Shown here one piece after another: positions 45,627-59,337 of a DNA stretch of 64,000 nucleotides. Source of the stretch: the human T2T-CHM13v2.0 reference genome, Homo sapiens. Positions within the stretch are counted from its first letter, which is position 1. Every line of letters starts with the position of its first letter. The notes beneath the pieces are model-generated. The model was not told the DNA's origin, ran no database searches, and was given only the letters and a program-made list of their open reading frames with translations. The stretch lies in assembly GCF_009914755.1 (NCBI RefSeq), contig NC_060926.1; one strand, given 5' to 3'. The translations under genes and the position numbers were made by a program.

Positions 45627-48600
45627 TTATTTCTGGTATTCCAGAAATAAGAGAAATGGAAAAGACACACTTTGTTAGCATGCTGATCGAAGTATAAAGA
45701 TACAATTTTTATACAAAAATATTTGCAATATGTATTGAGAGCATTGAAAAAATGTTTGGATGCTTTATTCCAACAATTCGCTCAGAATCTTTTTTTTTTA
45801 AGTTCAGAAAAAGTTAAGAGAACAAGTAAATAAATTCTACAGCCACACTGTAGAATAATATGTAACTGTTAAAAATTACATTTACAAAGTATTTAATGTG
45901 TGGAAGACTTTTTTATTATCATAATAACCTAAGGTTCTGCTGCAGTTTTGCCTGGAGTATTCTCTAATTCCATAAGGTCTCTCTTTTAATATCCAATTAA
46001 AATTGCTTGATTTTCCATCCCACTAAATAGTAAAATTTATATTCTCTATTCTTTTGCTGCCTGTCACAACTCAAACTGCAGGGGGAAAAACTCCTTTAGA
46101 AAGAAATTGACAAAGAATTTTAAAGGGCAGTTCATAAAAGGAGAAAGTGCAAGTGACCATGACTCCATGCAAAAATGTTCAACCTCGAAATTTAATGAGA
46201 AATAAATTTTTTTTGCATATCAAACAGGCGAGGATTGAACAAAAAAGATAGTACATGGGCTGTCAAGAATACAAGGAAATGAGCATTCGTAGTATTGTTT
46301 GGGGCAGGAAACAGCCTTTTTGTAGAGCAATCTGCCAATATATTATTTGACCCAGCAATACCTGTTTTATAAACTTATCCTTTGTACGTAATTGGATTAA
46401 GCTATGCATAATATTTTTGTGAAGTTTGTACTGAAACAAAAACTGAATGATGTTCATTTTGGGTCATCATGAGAATGGTGGTAGATGAACAGAGGAACAG
46501 GAAACTGCTCAACGTGGTACCTAGCACACAGTAAGTGCCTAATAAGTGTTTGCCGAATGATGAATTCATTCAGATGGGTAGTCTCTAAGGGAGAAATTGG
46601 TTTTGTTTCAAATGGCATCTTGCATCTTGCATTTTAGTCACACTTTGTAGATATTTCTTGTCAACAGTTGTAGCCATAGGACTGGAGCTCAGGAGATGGG
46701 CACAGCTGTCTGTCTAGAACAGTGGGGGACTATAAGGAATGACATTTCTGTTTGTCTTTTTTTATATAGTCAAATTCATTGTGAAAATGAAGTCTCCAAG
46801 TGAGAGTAGAGAAAGAGATTAGTAGTGGGCCTTAAAAAGTCTGCAGGGGGCAAGGTAGACCAAGTGAGGTTACTCTTGTGATTTATGTAACTGCATACAA
46901 TACTTTCGATGAGAGAAAAATTAACTGGGTTATCTGATTGATAAGCATAATCATTTTAGATAAATTTGCATAGTCTATGGAGATGGTCTCAGGCCCTACT
47001 GAGAGAGGAGGGTGTAGCTTGCTTTAAAGTCTTTTCTCCTCCTATGCTCAAATGCTTTTCCCATAACACACCTCAAAAATCCCCAAACCTTTGTTGCAAG
47101 AGTCTGGACTATAATAATCAGTGAAGGCAACTTGAAATATTAGTCTTCATATCAGTAGGTTATAGTACATTAAAATATACTTGGATTTTAAAGATGAAAA
47201 CATGCTGAATTAGAAACTTCTGCAAGTTTCATTATTTTCTCAGTAATTCCCAACAGATTGTACTCAAATCATTTAATGTAAGAAAGCATCTAAAATAGGA
47301 GATTAAGGAATTTATTCTTAACTGTTTATGTTACAAAAGGATGAAGTAATGCTGCTAGTTAGAATGATTATTTCGGGTTGAAAGTGCAGTGTAAGTACAT
47401 GGTGACAAATAAAAATTATGAGTTCTAAAATATGGCATTGCATAATCATTTTGTTGATTGTAATGCTTGAGTGTTTTTACCATGTGAACCATGTAGGCAA
47501 TAATGTTAAAATAGTTTAAAGTTTAGTCTCTTTTTGAATATGCATTACAGCTAGAATTCTGTCACCTGGATTTTTCTGGGTTCTGCTTACCCAGGTAACT
47601 AAATATTACTGATCTTATAGAGGGAGTTATGAGTAGCCAGTGAGAAAATTCTAATTTCTTCAATAACATTTTTCACTGATCACTTTATTACTGATATCCC
47701 CACTAAGTTTATTAAAATATTGAAATCTCTGGAGTTACTAGATCACACAGGTAGAAGAAAGCTCAAATTTTAAAAAGTTGTGTACCAAGTGTGAATGGAT
47801 TTAGGATTTTGAAGAGGGTCTCATTCTCAGTAAATAAATCTTCTCTATATAAATCTGGAGTTCAAACGGTTCTGATTAGAGCCCTGCTGTCTTACTGGTA
47901 CCTCCTGGAAAGCAATTAGATTAGTAGAGTGCATGAATCCTTTATATCTTGTCATGATTGAGTCCAGGTTTGAAAGCAGGGCAGTAACCCTGATGAAGAA
48001 CCACATCATTCTGTGCCTGAGTCACAGACTCAGACTTTAACATGGCTGTTTTTCAACCATCCAATCTTTAATATTGTCGTATTTTAAACTGAGACACTTA
48101 GCCAAGTGGCATATGAAAAAGAGGTGGTAGAATCTTTGCAGGCAACCTTCTGTGGAAACAACAATTTGAGCTGTATTTATTGCATAAATTGTTATGAAGA
48201 GGATGTCTTCTTGTCTTTCCAGAGCCTATTTCCTAAGAGCAAAAATTAAATAAGGCAGTAGAGGAAGAAGAGGAGCTGATTTAGTTCTAAACTTAAAATA
48301 CCAATTTTAATAATGTATTCTACTGAAATTGTCATTCTGATACCAAAATCATGGCTAGATGAGTATTAATGAAATGAATAAGGATTTCAATAAGATTTTT
48401 GTGAATTTCTTTAAGATTCTCAGCTAACCATGTAAATTTTTTCCCGTAACCACTGATTTTAGTTGATGCTAGTGAAGGGTAGGGGACATCCAAAGCAAAG
48501 GACTAATAGAAATGTTTGAAGCCCTCTTTGGACCTAAAAGTATGACATTCCTTTGTTTTTATTGTTTTTAATCACATAATGAAATGTTTATGAAAGTTAA

Positions 48601-50653
48601 CAGGACACAAAACTCCAATCAGAGCAGCAAAGAACAAATCATTGCGCTTTGCTTCTGTCAGCAGAAAATGCTTTGTTTCAGTCTTTGGCTGAAGTTGGAA
48701 GGGGAATGACCTTCTGAACAGCTCTTATGGTAATGCTGAGAGGCCTCCAGGCAGAAAGTCCAGTGCAAAAAGTACAACACAGCAAGAGTGACAAACTGAG
48801 TATCACTGTGAGAAAAGCCGACATGACTCCAGGTGTTTGGAGAGTAGCATCTTAAGTAGTCTTGACACAGACCCAAATTCTGAAAAGTTTGATGAAATTT
48901 AGACATGGGATGGTGAAAAGCCATGCACATTTTTATGTGCTTTTAAGTAAACCTTTATATTCCATCTAACAACTTTTTAAAGAAGTAGTAATATAACATC
49001 ACATAGAAAATGAATACATTTTATAATGGAACTTCAAGCAAGTTGCCAAGGTGCACTGATGGGTCATGGATGTGTTATGGTTGTGCCAAGATATTGATAC
49101 CCTCAGCTTTCAAAGCAGCCAGGCAGTACTGGGCAACTGGAGGCACCTCTGTCTACTTGATCTCTGTTTACCAGACCAGACCGTACAAATATTATTATTT
49201 TCTATGTGTGCCATGACATGGCAAAGCCTGAAAAACTCTGCTTTGCAGATATACTTTGCAAAACCCCTGAATTCCAATAAGAAGGGGTATGTAAAGTTAT
49301 CTTATGTCTAAATAAACAGAGGCAGAAAGAGTGTGGTATATATTCCCAGATACTATGCACAATGCATTTGGTAATAACAGGGGCAGAGTATGGAAGAAGG
49401 CCAGTGATGGAAGGCCAGGGACTTCCCGTCTGGGCTTTTCTGCTTCTTCTGCCTGACTGCACTGACTCTCTAACAATAAATATTCAGAAATTTTCTAGCA
49501 AATGTTCAGGAGTGAAGGCATATGGAGCGTTTGATTTTGTTTGTGTTTAAAATATTGTTTCCACACAGATGGCATTGGTTTAGCTATTGTGTGACTTTGT
49601 TTGGATCTTCTTTTGCCCAAATAAGAGATGAGAACCATAGCTCTTTGAAACTCAAGCTACCAGGTTTGTATTCTGCAGTTTGCCCCACCACATTCTGCAG
49701 AGGCTCTTGTCCCATTTTGTCCACAAAGATACCTTTGCATATCAATGAGAATACAGTGACTTTCAGCAATGATTTCAATTGGCTCTTGAAATATAAGGAT
49801 TAAGACATAAAAGGAGACCGTGAAAATTGCGTGAACTGTGGGTTTAGATGTTTAGATATTTAGATTCCAGAGTGCAGTGACTGTAGCAGCAATCTGGCCC
49901 TGATACTAGGGCTGACAAAGTCAACTCACTGTTTCTTTAAAAAGTAAAGAAGACTGTTGGACAGTCTTCTTAAAAGATGTTTAGGGAAAAGGTCTACAAA
50001 AAATGAACTTGGTGACATGTGTGTCCTATTAGATAAGTTTCTGTTTTGTATCTAAAGATATTTTTAGACATCCAGTCTGCCATGTTGTTGCTTCTAACCT
50101 TGTTAGTGCCGGTGGGTAGGGGGAGAGAAAAACAAGCAAACACATAGAAATAATACCTTAAAATACAATAAATTTATAAAATTGCGAACGTTTTTCTTTT
50201 ATTAACCATCATGACTACGCTTTCCTATTACCAAGGACCTCAATACTACTCCAGGGAACAAGAGAGTGCCTACTTTGTTTCCTCCCCTCTGTATTTAGCT
50301 TTCTTTCACCCATTCTTCCAAAAGTTGACTAAAGTCAGAGTCTCACTTTTGCATCTCCCCAGAGCTAGGCAAAAAAAAGTCTACTTCCAGCAATACTCAA
50401 ATATATGTTCTTCCCTTCACAATAATGACTGTATAATAAGATACCCACTTAGTCAGTAACAGCCTCTAAAAGCTGTTCTTCTGGAATCTGTGGACCTGAA
50501 CTTGAATTGTATGCTAATTCATAAGCAGAAGAGCCATTTCCTTCCTGGAATCTTGTGAGAGGGAGAGACAGAATCTATAAAACTGGGCTGAGTTTTTTTT
50601 TTTTTTTTTTAAGCTTTACTTTTTGAATTGTGATCCATAGGAAACCGAGAGTT

Positions 50654-50954
50654 GGCTGGGTGAGGTGGCTCACACCTGTAATCCCAACACTCTGGATGGC
50701 CAAGATGGGCAGATCACTTGAGGTCAGGAGTTCAAGACCAGCCTGGCCAACATGGTGAAACCCCATTTCTACTAAAAATAAAAAAATTAGCCAGCCATGG
50801 TGGCACGTGCCTGTAATCCCAGCTACTCAGGAGGCTGAGGCAGGAGAATCACTTGAACCCTGGGGCGGAGGTTTCAGTGAGCTGAGATTGCACCACAGCA
50901 CTCCAGCCTGGGCGACAGAGCAAGGCTCTATCTCGAAAAAAAAAAAAAAAAAAA
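50654..50954 (+). mobile_element. Alu (AluSx/Sz-like)
   Basis: full dimer; degenerate TSD gaaaccgagagt / aaaactgagagt. Confidence 0.95.
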
Positions 50955-51114
50955 GTAAGAAAACTGAGAGTCATGGAAACGTTTTGCTCTTCTATTCCCT
51001 AAATCCTAGAATTCAGACTGTTTTGCCAGGTCTTTCTGAAGGACCTGGCTCTTTTAAAAAGCTCCTCAAGATAAGACAACATGGATTATTTGAACATGAG
51101 CATATTTCACCTAC

Positions 51115-51262
51115 CTAAACCCAATTTAACTAGAAGAGGGTTAAGGAGACTCAGACACTGGTGTGATTCTGGAGGAAGATCCAAGATTAATATACTGAGA
51201 TGCCAGAACTATTGTTTCAAATGTTGCAAAATCAGATTTAGATCTTGTATGAAAGTTCTTGG
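51115..51262 (-). other. Candidate internal exon (148 nt)
   Basis: acceptor ctctttttcttcag|, donor TAG|GTAGGT, unique sequence. Confidence 0.3.
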
Positions 51263-52239
51263 CTGAAGAAAAAGAGTTTTCCAACTTAGAGAGAAAACCA
51301 ACTTTGCCCATCTGCTGTAACAAGACTAAGTAAGGAAATGATGTTTAGAGGGAAAGGAGACTTGAATGTAAAACATTAGTTTGAAGATTGGAGTTGAGTT
51401 GGTTTGTCTATCTTCCTTTTTATTTAGCTGCTTCTTTTACGCTAGGAAACCTTATATTATGAGATACATAATTAATCTTTTTTATATTAGATCTCTGTGA
51501 ACCAAATAAAAGAATATTTCCATCTCACCGGTGAGGAAACTGCTGCTTATAAAGGTTGGGTGCATTGGCCACATTCATTGAGCCAGAAAGTTTGGAGCCA
51601 AGATGCAACCCAGGCTCTTTTCACTCCAGCGCCTGGGCTCTAGCAGACCTTGCTATGCCTTCCACAGCAAATTACTCTACTCAGTGTTGTAAGACACGTA
51701 ACTGTGCTTTTTGGCGGTTTTCCTTGATCATTATTGTAAGGCCAGCAGGGCTGATTTTATTTAGCAAATGACCATTTTGATTATTTGTCCTTGAAGAAAC
51801 AGTCATTTGCGCGTTATTCTGGCCTTGTTTTTGGATTCTTTATTTGATTTTTTTTTTAGTGGTTTTTCAAATTTCCAGGCAGTTCTCAATTGTTGCACAA
51901 ATATCAAAATGCTCTACAAACTAGCGTTATCCCAGCAACCCTCTTTGAGCCTCTTGCTCTCATTGCTCTCTGTGTGGTGCTAGGAATGTAGATGGAACTC
52001 AATCTCTGTGAAACGAATGAGGCTATCCCATCATCCTAAAAGGATCACCAATAACATCTCTTTTGCTGAAGTAGGATTACCTCCAAAAAACATATTTTTA
52101 ATATAACCTTATGTTTCTTAAGACAGGTAACATGTATATAGATTTAATTTGTCAGACTAGCTGGCTTTCACCAAGCAATGAGTAATTTCCAAAGGAATAG
52201 GAGATGTTAGTGGAGGTTTTTGAGCAAGAGCAACTAAAG

Positions 52240-52915
52240 GATTTATTCATTCCTGAATATACATTCCTTTGTTATTTGGTATGATCCATGCCACAGAAAT
52301 AGAAATATGGATGATTCTGTACCTGCCCTCAGGTGGGTAATATTATTATGTTGTTATGTACACGATGAAATGGGAGCCCTGTGGAAGCGCATTTAACATG
52401 GACCTAGAAGTCAGGGAAGGCTTCCAGGAGAAGATGAGACTGAGGTGTTTCTTATGGGGCTAGCAAAGCTAGTAGTTTGTTTTGTTAGAGTGTAGGCTGA
52501 GTTCTGAGGAATGGCAGGAGATGAGCTGGAGAGAGGTAAGTAGGTGTCAGATTAGGAAGGGCTTTGTGTGCTGAAGAGTGCCATTTTTGTTCTGAATGTT
52601 GTGGAGAACCACTAAAGATAGTAAGCAGAGGCATGACATGTTCATTTAGAAGATTATACTGTCTACCATGTAGAGAATAGATAGGATAGTACAAAACTAG
52701 AGATGAGATTAGCAGAGAGGCTGTCACTGTGGTCCAAGCAAGAACTGATGAGAGCCCGAGTCAAAGCAGTGAGATAGATGGGATGATTCATGTAGGGAGG
52801 ATAAAAGTGGAGTATATAGGGCTTGATGACTGATATATGGTGGGGAGTAATAGAGGGAGGAATCTGGAATGATGAGGAATCTGGAATGTTTCTGACTTGT
52901 GTTCTCTCTGAACAC
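52240..52915 (-). mobile_element. L2 fragment
   Basis: gtcagggaaggcttccaggag, ggagaaccactaaag...gcagaggcatgacatg, gtggtccaagcaaga. Confidence 0.8.
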
Positions 52916-53105
52916 ACTGCAGAAAAGTGATGCCTTTTCAACAACTTTTTAAGGCAGTAAATCTCAATGACAGCTGCTAACATGATGATGAAATGATGCT
53001 AGAGAAATAAGCCTGTAAACAAGGGTCAGTCTTTCAGTATACCATTGAAACATCAGTGGTCAGATGATAGAGAGGTGGAGGAAGCATTCAAAGGTTAACA
53101 CCTCA

Positions 53106-53868
<763 letters not shown>

Positions 53869-54227
53869 TTAGTTTAAGAATCAAATGCACAATGTAATAT
53901 TATGTCGTGAATCTCCACCTGGTTTCTCACTTACTCCAGACCAAAATATTATGAGAAATAATTAATGACTGTTTTTTCCCTAGTTATTCCTTAGTCTCTT
54001 ATCCCTTCAGTAATTCATTGTATAAACTCTAATCTCCCATGCTTAGTATTTTGGCTTTGCCTTTTAGTTGGTCTTTGTGTTTTAGTGATCAGAGCTAGGA
54101 CTCTGATAAAAGGTATATATTCTTTAGAGGTACAGTATAAATCTGTAAGGCAGAACCACTCTGTCTTCTAGAGAGAGTCTCTAGAAGAATTCTGTTATTC
54201 TAGAAATTGGACTGCTTCTAGGGGATA

Positions 54228-54330
54228 CTATATATATATATACACCTAGTATACATATATATGTAGTAAACATATGTAATAAACATATATGTATACTGTG
54301 TGTATATATATATATATATATATATGTATG
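54228..54330. repeat. (TA)n-rich microsatellite
   Basis: seen directly. Confidence 0.9.
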
Positions 54331-56407
54331 CTATGTTGTACTAGCAAAGTTTAACTGAATTTAGAATCAAACTGAATTATCTAATAACTAGTAGGATGTA
54401 GCATGCTTGTGAATCAAAGTACAAGAAGACTATAGAGTGGATACCTGTGTGATTAATTAAAAATTAATTCTTCCAAAAACAGCTGCATATAGGCCTAAGA
54501 ACATAACTCTCCTATGGTTCAAAGGGGCTGTCAATTCCATTATAAGTCTAGGTTACTGTTTATTTTCCAAAGTAAAATGAACAGCTGGCAAAAGGCAATT
54601 AACCTTATAAATAATCAGAAATAATTTGTGCTATTTAGTGGCATACAAATGCCACTTTAGTTGGCCTTTCATTGCTATAAAATTCTCCTAAAAATATTTT
54701 GTACCATTATTAAATAAGCTCTAAGGGGAGGGAATGACTTTCTCAGCACAAACTGGAAGAATATTTCAAGGTAAGAAGTGAAAAGATAATGCTAATATAT
54801 ATTTGATTTTTTTAAGAAAAAAGAGACTTGTTAAAAGACTAGATGTGATCATAAATAGGACATATAAGTGATCCTGCTTAAGACGAATTTCTATCAATCA
54901 ACCATAGTTGCCTTTTTCCCTCCCTAGTCATTCTCAAGTTAATTATTAACTAGAATCTCAGTTAAGTTTGAAGTTCCTTTAAATTGTGTTCAGTGACTGC
55001 CTTGTTATTATTTCTTACTAGTGCTTAGAGTTGGAATATGCCTTAGAATTCACCATTAGAAAACACCCTCTTTTATAATACAGGAAACTGAGGGCCAAGA
55101 AAGCAAAATGACTTGCAGCAGCTCAAAGGAAACAAAGAAGGCTCCCACCCCACACTGCTTCAGAACCCTGAAGCACTTAATAGAATGTGCATATATTCAT
55201 TAATCAGAAACACTTTATTGTGTTCATTTACTAAAGATAAGTAAATCACAAAGCCTTTACTAGTTTAGCCCTGAAATGTGACCATCTTGATGATATGCAT
55301 GCACGGTAGGTTCTCATTAACCTTTGTCAGATTTAAGTATACTTAATTCTAATTGGCTTTATTTTCAGTTGGCCGTTATTTGATTTATTGAGATCGACTA
55401 ATGTAATATATGGTTTTTAGGATTTCAACACAATTTGGGGATTTTTTTGCAATGCAGATATTTTCCTTTTGCCCAAGGTAATAATAGACAGGGATGAAAA
55501 CACTACTTTAAAGAGGGTGTCTGCTGATTTACATATTTTAAAAGTATTAAGATCAAAGGTAATGAGAATTTAATCCATATGGCATGCAGAAGATAAATAA
55601 GAATATTAATACTGTATCAAATACTAATTAAAAGAAACACATGGATCTAATTTTAAGAATGTAACGCAAGGATGAAATACTCTTTGTAAAGTTAAAACAC
55701 GATTCTCTTGTAAAAAGGACAGTTATGGTGAGTTGTTTTTCCCCCCTCAGGGTGAAAACTGGCTGGTTCATATATACAGCTTTCTTAGAATCAGGGTAAT
55801 AATTATGAGCACAGTGATTGTGCCTTAACAGTTAACAAAGTGCTTTCACATCTTTTTTGATCCTCAAAGAAAATCTTTTAGTTCCTAGAACTCTTACCCC
55901 TGTTTCACTGAAGAGGAAATATGCTCATAGAGGCAAATGAACTTGGACCTAATAAATCAGTCTCAGTCTTGATCTCCTTCTCCCTCTCCCTCTTCTCTTT
56001 CCCCTTTCACTTACCCTCCCCACTCCCTTTAATAATAATTAGAAGAGTGCAGGGAGATGAGCACTCTCATTCACTGGGAATAAGCGTGTGTAAACTGGTT
56101 TTGAGAGTACCTATAACTTATAATCAGAGATGTAGTGAAATATTTATGCCTAGGGATGTTTGTGACACTTCTAATTGAAAAATTTTAATAAACCAAGTGT
56201 CCAACAAAAGAATATTTGGGTTTTATTGTATCTTAAATGATATAATCTTAGGGCACTATTAAAATCATGTTTACAAAGAATCCTTACAGTTTACCAGCAA
56301 GTGTTTGTATTTAAATGTTAGGAAAGAAGTCGAAAATAAAGTATATAATATAAATTTCATATATGTATTTATATATTCCCATATGTTTATATTTTTTTCC
56401 TCTCTAT

Positions 56408-56728
56408 CAGGGGTCAGCAAATATTTCATGAAAGAAACCAGAGAGTCAATAGTTCAGGCTTTTTGGGTCTTAAGGTCTCTGTTGCAGTTATTCAGCTCTG
56501 CCATTGTAGGGTAAAAAAAGCATAGACAGTAGATAAATAAACATGAATGTGGTTCCAGTAAAACTTTATTTCTGTGCACTGAGATTTGAACTTCATATAA
56601 TTTTTATGTCCCACAAAATATTATTAGTGTTTTGGGCTTTTTTTCTAACCATTTAAAAATGTACAAACCATCCTTAGCTCATGGGCTGTCCCTAAACAGA
56701 TATGGGCCAATGGTCATATCAACCCAAT
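56408..56728. mobile_element. MER58B inserted in an L1ME-like fragment (about 56040-56880)
   Basis: caggggtcagcaaa...tcagctctgccattgtag...gttccagtaaaactttatt...aaccatttaaaaatgta..ccatccttagctc. Confidence 0.85.
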
Positions 56729-57224
56729 TGATATTATGGACAAACATACCCTAAAATAGTCAGTTACCTCTGGGTAACAAGATTATAGGCAGTCCTTACT
56801 TTCTTCCTTAATACTTACCTATACTTCTAATATTTCCTCTAATACATATTCTATACTTTAAAAATACAAGGAAAAAGCATTTTTTAAAAGAAAAAGTGTG
56901 TCCAAGCTTAACAAATCGTAACTGGCAGGGACAGGTTTTGAACAGAAAACCCCTTTCTCCCATTCGTATTGCCTCCTAGACTCTCGTAGCTGAAAGGATT
57001 CTTTAGAGATTTATGAACAGTCTATTCCCTTATTTTACAAAAGAAATAAAGACTCCAAAAACTTAAACAGCTTACCCAAGATCATGAGGCAATTAGTGGC
57101 AGAGTCCCAGCTAGCCAAAGTCCCCAGACTCCCTATGCAGTGCTCTTTCTTTAAAGAATTTAACAATTCAACATTTTTTCTAGTTGTTAACCTATATTAG
57201 AGAACTGAAAAAGACAGAAAGGGG

Positions 57225-58270
57225 ATGCAGCAGTATCCCAGAGAATAATTTTAGGAAGCAGCTACCACTCCTAAAGGCTGAGGAACAGAGAGAAGATGTG
57301 ATTGTTGGAACTTAGACTTGGATGAGGGGCCTCATATAGTTGAAACTCAGACCTCTGTGTAGGGTTACTGTCCGGCTGATGCTGGTCTCTGAAGGGATTG
57401 CTGAGGCTAGTTCTGGGAGTATGGGGACCCTGCAAACTGGAACTACTGCTACAGCTGAAATCAAGCATTGCTGCCAGAATGAAGATCTGTTGCTGTGGTG
57501 ACCGTGGTAGGAACAAGAAGCAAACCGGAAGAAGCAAGTCCCTCTTCTCCCTCGTGCCTTGTAGTTTTCCTCTAGCATCCCCTGTTGGGAGTCCAGTGGA
57601 GAGTCATATGGCAAAGAAGTATGATTTGTGGAGTCCCATTCCACCGTCACACAGAGCATGAGGCTATGAGTGATATTATTAGGACGAGAAAGAAAGAGAA
57701 AAGAAATTAATGTTCTTGTGTGTACATACTTGCGCATTAAAACAAGCAAGAAGAAAATGTATATAACTGCTATAGTCCTTGTTACTATAAGTGAAATGGT
57801 CACAAAGCAATAGTTGATGCTTATAATTTTCTTATTCCTTACTCTATGATCTCTTAGCAGGGACCTCAGCTTGTTGAGATTCTTTGCCTGGCAAGGTGAG
57901 CCTAGCCTCATTCCTGAAGGGTCTGAATCACCAGCGGTTCTGCAGATTTCTGCTTGCTGTAGTTTTCTGTAAACCTTTACTATTAGACATGCAAGTACTA
58001 AGAAGTACTCAGAGAATATCCTGGGCTCCAGACATAGTCCTCTTTGCCCCCATTGTATAGCCCCAATCCTAGCTAATCAGGATCAATACATCCAACAGAG
58101 TAATTTCTTTGCCTATTGGTTCAGTTGCATAAGGAAGCCAAATGCCAAGTGGCAGTGTCAGCCTCTAATTCAGTGGAACCATTGTTGCATCCCTTGGTAG
58201 AAGCATTCCCTTCTTAAGTACCAAGATCTTCGAACCAGTAGAACTCAAAGTTGTGAGGAGAAAGAGCAAA
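57225..58270 (-). mobile_element. Old ERVL-type LTR (about 57225-57690) plus internal-region fragment (about 57760-58270)
   Basis: gaagcaagtccctcttctccct..cctctagcatcccctgttgg; ttcagtggaaccattgttgcatccc..gaagcattcc. Confidence 0.55.
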
Positions 58271-58634
58271 AAATTCTATGTAAAGCTATTTTAATTATTT
58301 TAAAAGTAATTTTAAAAATCCAGAGTGGATCGATTAGCTCTGATTTATCATTTCCCTGAAAATATATTTTTACCTTTGACATTAATCTCCTTGAGGACAA
58401 AATCTGTAGCTGGTTCATGTTCACATATCCAGTGGGCCTTATTATACATCTGTTACCTGGCAGGCACTCAATAAACCCTGGTTGAATGTGTAGGTTGACA
58501 GGTAGCTATAAACCAGCTTATATTGACTAACTGGTTAAAATTAGAAGACTAACAATTTTAAATTTTCCTTTGCTACCTTGCACGTGAAATCTGTTTCTTC
58601 CATCTCTGGACTTACGAATAAACTCTAGTAATTT

Positions 58635-58648
58635 GTGACTCAGCAATT
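58635..58648 (+). promoter_or_regulatory. Perfect ARE/MARE (GTGACTCAGCAATT)
   Basis: exact RTGACTCAGCA match with AT-rich flank; CACGTG at 58581-58586; function inferred only. Confidence 0.45.
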
Positions 58649-59168
58649 CCGTTGATCAGTATTAGGCTGTTGATTACAAGAATATGAATTCCTCAGGGGA
58701 GACAGTGGGTCTCCACTCCCCATCAGAGAATTGTAGCTTTGGGTAGTGTTAATATTACTGGGCACTTTAAAATGAAATATCTTAAATTTTAGAAGATTCA
58801 TTTTCCTGTGAGTGACTTGAAGCAGAGAAGCATTTCATTAGCTCCTCTTCCCAAGTCCTGAGGAACTTCTGAAATGTGAACCAAAGCAGTCTTCCACTGC
58901 CCGGAGCTCCTTCACAACATCAAACACTTAATAAAAATGTTTTCCTTAAACCTCAAGCATTTCCAAATATTAAATGTGAAGGGGAAAGATTTTGCTCAAA
59001 CTGCAAAGTGTTCTAGAACTGGAGGGTATGTGAGAATATGTGTGTACTGTATGTGTGTGTGCACGTTTACATGCACACACAGGTATGTTTTTCCTGTTTA
59101 ATATTTTGGAAATTGATTTAATATTAGGCCCAAACCCTCTCTAAACAAGGTTGCATAAACAAACATAC

Positions 59169-59337
59169 CTGCTTATGTTTGGCTGGTCCCCAATGTTAAC
59201 GTCAAGGGTTCATTAGGAGGAGGTAGAAGGGGCATATGCTCTCCCCACAACCCAGACAAGCTGTTAGCCTGAGAACAAGTGGGTTCTCACAGACAAGGTC
59301 GCAGCCTGCGGCTCTTGGGGTCGTGATGTCTGGAGAC
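59169..59337 (-). other. Candidate internal exon (169 nt)
   Basis: pyrimidine-rich acceptor ...ccttcctcctccccacaaacaatgtccctcag|G, donor CAG|GTATGT, CpGs retained. Confidence 0.35.

Noticed and set aside
49947-49971. Perfect 11-bp hairpin aagaagactgt-tgg-acagtcttctt
   Set aside because: It is too short for a pre-miRNA, and its occurrence is compatible with chance or local template switching.
57312-57911. 199-aa minus-strand ORF
   Set aside because: It lies across a decayed ERVL-type LTR and internal fragment, with no coherent protein signature.
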